A stretch of DNA of 64,000 bases from the human T2T-CHM13v2.0 reference genome, Homo sapiens. The stretch is from the NCBI RefSeq assembly GCF_009914755.1, contig NC_060926.1; one strand, given 5' to 3'. A program made the position numbers and the translations under genes. Positions 50,615-60,039 of this stretch are shown piece after piece. The notes beneath the pieces were generated by a model that was given only the letters and a program-made list of their open reading frames with translations, did not search any database and had not been told where the DNA came from. Each line of letters opens with the position of its first letter. Position 1 is the stretch's first letter.

Positions 50615-53600
50615 CTGCAGCGGCGGAGAGGGCCGGGGTGGGGTGGGGGTGGGGACCGAGGGCAGAAGGGAGGGGGGAGAGGGCAAAGGAAGCCGTGAGA
50701 ATAGCATTGCCGAGCTGGGCCGCGAGCCCCGCGCTTCCGGGGCGATCTCGGAGGCCCTGCTGAACCCCTGGCTCCCTCCCGCCAGCCAATCCCTGGATCG
50801 AAGTGCCCCTCACCAGACCACTGGGGTCCCCGGGTTCCCTTTGGGAGGGCAAAGGAGCAGTGAAGGAAAGCTGGTTGAGGTTGTAGGTGCACCCCACACC
50901 CCAATTCTCACAGGACAGTCAGGGACAGACCGAAATCACAACATTTCCAAGCCAAGAAGGCAGGAATCCAAGATGAGGAGATATTTGGAGCTCATATGGC
51001 CCAGCCCAGAGTTGGGGGTCAGGGGCCTGCTGTCCTCACCGCCCCGGAATAGATAGGACTGGGGCAGTGAGGGCAGGCCCTGGGGGAGTCGCCAGCCTGC
51101 AAACAAATCTTCCTCTCCTCCTCAAGAATCATACCTACAGGAGAAACTACAATAAGACCCCATCTGCTTGTAGCTATTGACCTCAGAAAACAACGGGATA
51201 GTGAGCCGGCTGGGAGAGGGCTGCTTAGCTCCAAAGTATTTGGTGTCTGCCCCCCTCCCCGCACCCCTCCCTCCCACACACACCTCCTCGCCTTCTTTCT
51301 CTTTGGCCTAAAGGAAGCCTTTTCTAGGGTCTCAGGGATGCAGGGACCACCCCTTCTCTGAAGGAGAAAAGGCCCTGATCCATCCTCATGACCCTGGCTC
51401 TGGGTTTTCAGCCTTGCCCCTTGGATGGTGCCAATAAGAAAGGGAGGGCCTTCCACATTCCTCTAACCGGCTGCGTGGGGCAGGGTCTCTCTTATCTGGG
51501 TCTTCCTTATCTCCCCTTTCAACTGATGCAATTTCAGGATTAAAAACTCCTGAATAACAAAAACAAGCCGGATTGGCTTTCTCTGCCTACTGATGACATT
51601 TGCAAGGAGACTGCAGCCCCTTCCCCCACCTATGAGCAAAAAGGAGAGGGAGGGAGGCAGGGACAATCCAGAAAAAAAAAAATGTGCTTTGACCACCAGA
51701 TAGGAATGGGAAGGGGCCACAGGAAACCTCCTTAGGAAGGTGAAGTTCCCCTCAAATACTAGTCTGGGAGGAGGGCCCACTGAGAAAGGAGGGAGGGAAA
51801 GCGGGAAAACCAGGAGAGGATTGAACTGTTGGTGTGTGCCTCAAAAGCCTGCACCTCTGCCCACCTGCTTCCACACCCAAGTCTTCTGGCATTTACTTGC
51901 TGGGTCCTGCCTTGGATATGGTAGCTTGCTGAACCAAGTTAAGTCCCTGTCAGGCCTGTTCATCTCTAAAACTGTCTGGAAAGAAGGATCTTTGCCGGCA
52001 TCTCCAAACCTAGCTACAGAGAGGAAGGCTGGGCAGCCTACTCCTGGGGCAGGCAGGAGGCTGGGGTAACCAGCTGTCCTATGACAAAGAGTCCAGGCCT
52101 AGCATACTGCAGCGACTCAGATCTGGGTCGAGGCTCATCCCCTCCTCCCCCAACTGCCCAAGCAGGAGAAGGAGCTGGTCCCCTACCTACCCAGGCCCAT
52201 AAGAAGGAAAGTGGCCAAGAACAAAGCCAAGGCCCTCTCCAGAGCAGAACTGGGGTTTTGATTCGTAATTAGCTGAGCGGGGAGAAATAGCCCAAGAAAT
52301 GCACACAGCCCCAAAAAGGCCCCACTGCCCGTTCTGCATCCGGGACATGTTGAAGTGTTGTTGTATGTGTGTGCAGAGGCACGGACTCTTGTAATAAAAT
52401 CGTTCCTAGTCTCCCGGCCAGCCCGAGCCGTGCAGCCTGACAGCTCAATCACTCTATCCATCAGGCGAGTCAATCAAAGCAGCTTTTCGGAGGTTCAGGG
52501 AGCCCGACGTGTCAATAACGGGGCTCGAGATGGCGGGAGCTGATAGTGCGCATCGATCCGCGCCCGGCCGGCAGCTGTGGGGCGGCGAGAGACCAGCCAG
52601 AGGAAAGCGGCGCGTGGCTACGTTGTTCCCGGCCCCCTGCCGGACCGGGTGCCTGGAGTGCTGATCTTGGGCCAAAGCTTCTGCCGCTCTCCCAGACACT
52701 GCGGGCCGGGGCGTCAGGCAGGCCTTGGCCTTCTCTCCCGGAGCCCAGCTCAGGTCTCCTCCTCGGGTTCGCCAAGCGCGAGGGGCACACGGAAAAGTGG
52801 TGGAAGGAAAGCCGAGAAAAACAGGCCTACGGATGCCAGAAGTCTGCTGGATGTGCGGGTGAAAAAAGGAAAGCGCCGCGCGGGGAGGATGCGGGAACCG
52901 TTCCGCGGAGAAGCTACGGAGGAAACTGGCTCTCATGCCCTTGGACACGCTTCCTGGCCTGAGCCTGACCTGTTTTCTCTCCTCTCCCACTGTTTTTCAG
53001 CTCCAGAAAACCAGGGGCTGCCAGCACCCACCTTTTTGGCAACTGCCTTTCCCTGGTTTCTACCCACCCGGGTCAGACTCTTTTCGCTACCCAGCCGGGG
53101 GAGAGGGACGGCTTTCAGACGCTTTCCTCCCTGTCTTCCTGTGTTTCCCATGTTTATCAATGTAAACGGTCTCTCCGCAGAAAATATCGAGATGGTGTTT
53201 GTGTCTGTAAGGACACACAGTGAATATAATTTTTCTGAACAAGGCCTTCTCTGGTCAAATCTGGCCTTCGGACGATCAGGCTGGTGGGATTTCAGACACA
53301 CATCACTAGGCCCACCTTCCTGCCTTATCTAAACACCCTGGAAAGAAAATCACTGACTATGTACTTTTCCTAAGAATAATAAAGATAAGAGACAAAGAAG
53401 GCCCCAGGGATTCAGAGTTCAAAATCAAAGAATCGAGACCCGAGCCTCCTGTGCCACGAGCTGTAGCTTCTCGGGTGGTGGCCGCAGAGGCCAGGATCGC
53501 ATAGCTGGATGAACATTCGGTTGTGACTGGAACTGGGGTGAGGAAGCAGGCGTGAGAGACTGGAGTACCCGAGGCCGGGTTTGCTCTCCCTAGCGCCGCA

Positions 53601-53665
53601 GCTTGGCGTTCTGGGGCGGTCCGCGGGGCCAGAAGGCATGGCGCAGCCCGGAGTTGGGTACTCAC
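50615..53665 (-). other. EN1: EN1 intron (3051 nt, GT-AG, phase 1)
   Basis: GTGAGT donor and CAG acceptor. Splicing gives Gly (G|GT) and joins EH2 to EH3/homeodomain, the typical engrailed intron position. Confidence 0.96.
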
Positions 53666-54527
53666 CGGAGGATGGACGATCCGAATAACGTGTGCAGTAC
53701 ACCCAGGCGGGCCATACGAGAGGCTGCTGCGAGTCAGTTTTGACCACGGGCCCGCCGTTGGCTGAGCCCATAAGTAGGATAGCCGGGTTGCCGTGCTCCG
53801 GGTATTTGGTGCCCTGCGCTCCGGGGCTCCCCGCGCCGCCTCCACTGCCGCCGCCACCGGTGTCCGAGGGCTTGGCTGCTGCGGCCGCCGCCGCCGCCGC
53901 CACTGCCGCCGCGGCCGCCGCCGCCGCCGCAGCCGGGTTCCCAGCTTTAGACGCGCCCGCGCCGGCGGCGGCTGGCTGGGAGCCGTCGGGTGGGCCACAG
54001 TTCGCGTCCGGGGCGCACAGGAGCGAGGCAGCGCCTGGCGCCCGGGTGCCCAACGGGTGGACAGGGTCTCTACCTGCGGCAGTCTGGCCTCTGTCACGCT
54101 CGACCCGGCCTCCTCCTCCTGCGCCTCCTCTGGCCGCCGCAGCCACCAGAAGCTGCGGTGGCGGCTGCTCCTTTTTGCAGCCGAAGTCCGGCCTCAGGAT
54201 GTTGTCGATGAAAAAGTTGGTGGTGCGGTGCAGCTGGGCCGCTGGCTGCGGCTGGTGAGCAGGCGCCGCGAGATGCTGAGGCGGCGGGGGCGGGGGGTGT
54301 GGGGGGAGGTGCGGGTGGTGGGCCAGGGGCGGCAGGCAAGGCGCCGCGGGCGGCGAGGGGGGCGCAGGCTGCGGGGACACCGGCACGCTGTCTCCATCGC
54401 TGCCGCTGCCGCTGCTGCCGCTGGCGCCCGGACTGAGGCTCAGGCTGAGGCCGCCCGGAGTCGCCGCCGCCGCCGCGCCGAGGGCCGAGTCGCGCTGACT
54501 TTTAGGTTCCGGCTGCTGTTCTTCCAT
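53666..54527 (-). CDS. EN1: Homeobox protein engrailed-1, coding exon 1 (862 nt)
   Basis: ATG at 54527 in strong context (agcATGG). Translates MEEQQPEPKSQRDS..., with the EH1 motif (TNFFIDNILRPDFG), Pro/His-rich and poly-Ala tracts, and the EH2 motif (WPAWVYCTRYSDRPSSG). Ends at donor G|GTGAGT (53666/53665). Confidence 0.98.
53874..53933 (-). repeat. EN1: GCG-rich triplet repeat encoding Ala10-Val-Ala9 of EN1
   Basis: Direct translation. Confidence 0.95.
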
Positions 54528-55010
54528 GCTCGGCCGCCCCGCCGCCCCGGCCGCCGCGCCGGCCCCCGCCCCCACCGCCTCGCTCCCCACCCCACTTTGC
54601 CAGCGGCCCGTGGGGGTGCGCGGAGGAAGGAGGCAGGCGAAGCCTCAGCGAAGGCACGGGGCGGGTGCAGGAAAAAAGCTCAGGCGTCTGGCCTGGATCG
54701 CTCGTTCTTATCTAGCAGATAGATCTCGCTGTCTCTCCCTCTCTAATTTGTAGACATCCAGATATGGAGACACTTGGCTATTTCTTTTTTCTTTCTGCAA
54801 CCAGATTCAATGATTTGATTTAAATGGGGAGTAAGCCACGGCCAAAAAAATGAAGGAAAAAAAGAAAAAGAAAAGGAAAAAGAAAGCAAGAAAAAAAGCT
54901 CCAATAATTTTTTTCTTAAAGGGAAAAAAATAGTATTTAAAGTCTAGCCATCTTCCTAGGCAGTAGTGAGGGGTTTGACTTCCCCGAGTGTCACGCTCAG
55001 CTGTGCCCAG
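54528..55010 (-). other. EN1: EN1 5' UTR (TSS approximate)
   Basis: Lies between the ATG and a TATA-like ATTAAA at 55036-55031. The TSS is inferred about 25-30 nt downstream of that motif, not observed. Confidence 0.55.
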
Positions 55011-55019
55011 AGCGTGAGG

Positions 55020-55330
55020 CTGGCAGCGCCTTTAATCGCCTTTGCTTTTTTTGCAGGGAGAGCGCGTCTCCGCCAGCGCCGGGCTGGTTTTTTTTTTTTG
55101 TTTTTTTTTTTTTTTTTTTCAAATCTCTGACAGCTCGGATCTTTGCACAAACTCTCTCGCTTAAAAAAAAAATCACCCAGGCACACTTTTTGCCTTCAAA
55201 CCGGAAGCACGTGAGTCAGGGCCGCACGTGTGCGGAGCCAATGGCGAGCCGGGACTCGCGCTGACACTCGGGCCTCGGCCCAATGGGCGCGCGCGGGACT
55301 TTGCGGATAAATAATCCGGGGGCGTCAACC
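55020..55330 (-). promoter_or_regulatory. EN1 proximal promoter
   Basis: TATA-like ATTAAA 55036-55031, ETS CCGGAAG 55201-07, E-boxes CACGTG 55208-13 and 55225-30, AP-1 TGAGTCA 55212-18, CCAAT 55238-42 and 55280-84, all within a CpG island. Confidence 0.7.
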
Positions 55331-57099
55331 GCTGGCGGAGAGGGGGCGCCTCGGCGCTGGCCCTGTGCGTCCGGTCCGCCCTCCCCCACCCGCGCCCGCA
55401 CCCGCGTCCCTCCCCCTCCTTCAGGCCGGGACTCAGGAGGGGGCAGAAGAAACCCGGGAGGGGTGAATTTTGGGATGTAGGCAAATGGAGAAGCAACTCC
55501 ATAAACAACTTGTTAGAGAAATGCAGGATTATGGGTCTGTGAGCTCCGGGAGCAGGGGCAGTAGGCAGGAGCCTGGCTGTTTTGCACCCCCACGCCTAAG
55601 AAACTCAGCTTTTTATTTTCTCCTCTGTCTCTGGTTGCTGTTATTGAAGGATGGGTGGTTGTTGTCACTGCCGGTTTGTGTGTTTGTGGGTGGGTGTGGG
55701 TTTGGGTGTGTGTAGTGGAGGGAGGGGGAGTGAGACAGGGAGGTCGGTGATGTGAAATAGACCTAGAGTTGGTTACTTTCAGAGGCGCAATTTGTTTTTC
55801 ACAAATAGCAAAATCTGAAAGGCCCGCTGCGCCTAGCTAGCGTCGCACGTTTACGTTTGTACGTCTCCTGCCGGCCCGCTGCATTGCTTTCCCTTTGTGG
55901 GGAATCCGCACCCATGCCCTTCCCGGTCCAGACTTTCGACAACACCCTGGAGCTGCCCTGGCGCCATAGAGCCAAGCCCAGAGGGCTAGGAATAGCCCCA
56001 GAGCCAGTTGCCTGGACCTTCCCTGGCAGTGGGAGTCCGGGCAACGCAGATTAATCTCAGGAGGGCCCCGGGGCCGGCGAGTCAGAACGCGGATGCGCGC
56101 TAGGCCCTAGCTTTTAGAGTTCAGGGTAACCTCTGTGTTAGATTTCCCTGCAAAGTAAAATCAAATAAATAAAAGCGCTGCACCCCAAGTATTTGCCCTG
56201 GCTAGCTGAAGTTGTGAACAGGGAGTTTCCCTCAATTGCCGGGTGACTGAATTTCCTGGGATTGCTCCCAACTCCCTGGGTGCCTCCGGCTCCAGCTCTG
56301 TGCGTTCTTCCCTAGTTTGAGGGAAATGCCGTTCCTCCAGCTGCTATCATTCTCCCGTCTGCCGATCTCTTTTTCGCTATTTCCTGGTCGAGGCACCCCC
56401 AAAATTTTCTCATAACCGGGAATGTGAGGGACGGGGGTGGCGTGTGGACTGAAGCTCTAGGCACCTGCGGGACTTGTCTCCGGATTCGTTTTGGAGGACC
56501 AGTATCCGACTATGCTGAAGCCTGCGGTGGCCGAGAAAGGCGTCAGCAAACGAGGCCTTCGGGGGTGTCATCTTAGAGCTCCAGCGGACCTCCTCGCCCT
56601 GAACGCCCTCCGCAACTGGGACAGTAGAGAAAGGATCCCTTTGGAAATATTGTCTATTTGTGACATGCGAAAGAATCCCCCTACCTCCAGTTTTCCAGAA
56701 AAGTCACAGAGGGTTAGGCTAGGAGGAACATGCAACTAAACCCACAACAAGCCGAACCACCACCACAGTAGCTGAAGTTTCTCAAAAGGGCTGGTGGAGA
56801 GCAGGAATTTATATTGCTCACCGCATCTTGGGAGCAGGCGAGGGTCCCCCGATTTCCGGGGCTGAGTTCCCGGCTAGGCTTGCGCTGCAGCCTAGGGGAG
56901 AAAACCTCTCTCCCTAACGCTGCGCTGCAGTCTTCTCTACCTTCCCAAGCCGCCTCCAACCCCACCTTGGAGTCTCCCGAGTCCTCTTCAGTAGCACACC
57001 CAAGGGCTCCCCGAAATCTCCAGGCGCCCCCACCCCTTCTCCCCGAAATGGGGGTGGGATTTTATTTATATTTAAGTTCGCAAAATTGAAATCTTTATC

Positions 57100-57730
57100 C
57101 CGCAAGCAAGCGTGGGTACTTAATTAAATTCTAATTAGGACACTATCAATATCCTATTTAGCTGCGTAGCTTTTGTGCGCCGCGGTCCCTTTCAGCGCGG
57201 TAAATAGGGTCTCGACGCCTTATCTCGCCTGCAGGAGACGCCTCGAGAAGGGCTGCGGAAGATAATTTATAGGTTTTAATTACTCTTCATTCCGCCTGAT
57301 CAGCTTGGCGTTCATCACAGGCCTGTGAATAAAACCCTGGTCAAAAGCTCTGTCACATCGCGCTGGCAAGACGCTTAATCAAAGTGAGCGGCCCCGCGCG
57401 CCGCGCGGCCCGGCTCCTCCACGTAATTTCCAGCCAGCTGATAAAGCCAGCTGAATAATACGGCGGCCCTTTGGAGACACCATTTACAGAAATGACTTTA
57501 TTGACGGCTTAACGTCGGTAATTCATTTTACCTTTCATGTAGTGGAGCCCGGATTTGTTACAGTAATGGGATGATAAATGCACCCGCGGCCCACGAGCTC
57601 GAGCTGGATTAGGCGGCACTCTGCGCGCTGGCTCGTCCCCCCACCTCCCCGAGGCCCGGCCTGGGCCGGACGCTCGGTACCCCGCGCCGCTCTGCGCTCC
57701 ATGACCTCCACCCAGACCCTACGCCCTCTT
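57100..57730. promoter_or_regulatory. CpG-rich upstream element, candidate EN1 enhancer
   Basis: CpG-rich and repeat-free, with TAATTA motifs, TCF ATCAAAG (57378-84), tandem CAGCTG E-boxes and a GATA site. Confidence 0.55.
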
Positions 57731-58832
57731 CTCCCTCCTGCAAATGAACATGCCATTGGGAACTCTGTGTGAGCGCATTGGCGTCTTGTCAAGCATGCGA
57801 GTGAAGTGTGTGAGGGCTGAGTGAACAAATGTTGGCCGAGAGGGATGGGTGAGGGTTTCACAGGACTCTGAGTGAGCCCAGGATTGGGCGTGTGAGTGAG
57901 GAACTACGGGCAGGGTGAGTTGTGTGTACAAGTATGTGAGTAAAGGGTTAGGGTGTGTGTAAAGGATTGTATATGCACGAGTGGGTATATTTGTGTGGCG
58001 GTCCTTTTGGGGGTACTCGTTTCTGCCTTTGGGAGCTAAGGAATTACTTTCAACTTGATAGATGCCCAGGCCGGGGTGGCAGAGAGGTGGGCCTGCAGGT
58101 AGCAGGTGGGGAAGCCTGACTCAAATGGAATAGAGCCCCTTTCTCCAAATGCCATCTGCTCTTGGGCCGAAGGTAGGGAAGTGTGGGGGTACCCAGTGCG
58201 TATTTCTATGGCCTTGTAGTTCTGAGCTATGCAGTCACCTGAGCTAGAGGCGCACAGAAGGCCATGGACTGGGCTGCGTCTCTGCAATAAGTTGATTGTC
58301 CCCAAGTACCCTTTTCTTGGGGATAGCCCAGATAAAAGTGGAGAACGACAAGAAAGATAAAGATTCTGTTTTGTCTCAAATGCCAAAGTTGGGGGAGGGG
58401 TGCTACATTTTTTCACTTGAAGGAAGGAGGTCCCAACGAGGCCTTCAGTGATCGGGAGTTGGGTAAATAGGACAGAGAGAGACCCCAACCGTCCTTCCCT
58501 TCTCCAGTCCTTGGACTTCCTGCATTTTCTGAGGATAGGCAGGGGCTCCCAGTGAGCAAAAGGCACCTGGCCAAACAGAGGAGAATGATGCATACTTGTT
58601 TGAGGAGCTGCTAGCTAGGGGAGTTTGGGGATCATATAGTCGGAAGACTGGCATGTGTTTATCAGAGTGAAGGCTGAGAAATTTTACCTTTCTTTCTCTC
58701 CTTTTCTAATTTTGGGAAAAACGCTCAGCGGTCTTGAAGAGTGGCCCGTGGCTGTGGGGAACAGAGTGTATATTTGTGTTTATTTGCTTGGTATGTGAGA
58801 GCCACCCAGAGAGAAAATTAGTCTATAAAAGT

Positions 58833-58834
<2 letters not shown>

Positions 58835-58881
<47 letters not shown>
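58835..58881. repeat. (TG)23 microsatellite
   Basis: Perfect TG dinucleotide run. Confidence 0.95.
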
Positions 58882-58883
<2 letters not shown>

Positions 58884-60039
58884 TTGTGTGTGGCAGGAGG
58901 CCCCTGTATGTATGTGAATGTTAATGTGTACACCCAAGTCAGCCCCACTAGTCAGGCATGAAGAAATGTATTTGCTGAGGGTTTTGGTGTATGCTGTTCA
59001 GAAAAGAAGACCAGCCTGTGTGTCCATAGAATTTTGGATTTTGTGTAAGCAAAGACAAATGCCAGGGTCCTGCTTGTTTCCACCTCTCTTTCGAGGATGA
59101 GGACCAGAAGGAGAATTACGAAAGAAATTCTTGCAGCCTGGCGAGGGGTGTGCGCCATGGGCTGGGAGTAGGAGCATGTTGCATGCACAGGGTGGTAATC
59201 GCATTTCGAGTGTAGATCAGATGGCGGTGGGGCCTCGTGGTGCGGGACATGAATGAGTTGTCGCAACACAATAGCGTGCAGCCTTCCTACGGGGACTGGA
59301 TGACCAGCGGTTTTGTTGGGAGTGAATGCGAGGAGATTTCTGCTACAAGTGCCGCGTTATTATGAGCTACAAGGTCAGACTATACATCGCAGGTCCCCAA
59401 AGCCTATGGACCTTGGGAAATGTGGGGCCTCGAGTCACGTCATTGTACCTGACAGTCTTTTTCAATAGACTAATTCAATTAGTGCTCGCGGTTTCGGTCT
59501 TCATCTGGAGCCCATAATAATGTGGGGGTGGGTGGGTGCTGGGGATTCGTTTGGGTATTGGTTAGGGATCCTAAGCAATTCTGTCCAAAGTGGAGTGGGA
59601 CTAGGGGAGGCAGCAAAGGAAAAAAACCGGTGGCTGGGGGGTGCATGGGGGGCAAACCATTGAAAATAAAACGCTCTGCTGACAAAATAAAATGCTCCGT
59701 TGACTCCTGAAATTGGGGCAGTAGCTTTGTTTGTAGAGGACTCAGAGCATTCCTTGAAGGGGGTGAGGGACAGGGAGGATTTCTTTTTTTCTGTATATAT
59801 GAAATAAGACTAAAAATGTCTAGGTATCTAGAAAGCCCGAGAAAAAGCCCACTGTTGGAGGTTGTCACCTTCGTGGATTTCAGTATTTGGATTTATGTCC
59901 CCATCATCCGGTCTTCCCCCAGAGTTTTCTCCCTCTTATCTAAGGCAGTTCACAGCATGGACCGTTTTGTTCTAGAAATAGTGCCTCTCTCTCTCCTCTC
60001 TCTCTCTCAAGCTCAGACAAACTGAGACCTTTCTCCTCT

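Larger units (their letters stand above)
48840..50840. promoter_or_regulatory. CpG island over EN1 exon 2 / 3' end
   Basis: High CpG density; boundaries estimated by eye. Confidence 0.8.
52350..56120. promoter_or_regulatory. CpG island cluster over EN1 promoter, exon 1 and part of the intron
   Basis: Visibly very high GC and CpG density; boundaries estimated by eye. Confidence 0.85.

Noticed and set aside
50056-51056. 282-aa (-) and 303-aa (+) ORFs over exon 2
   Set aside because: Alternative-frame or antisense read-through of GC-rich homeobox sequence, with near-cognate starts in intron/UTR.
53412-54590. Track ORF of exactly 392 aa as a single-exon EN1
   Set aside because: Length coincidence. 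It starts at an upstream GTG and runs into the intron without a homeodomain; the real 392-aa protein needs splicing.
53692-54722. Long + strand ORFs (188 and 309 aa) over EN1 exon 1
   Set aside because: Antisense shadows of a GC-rich coding exon with few stop codons; no independent coding signature.
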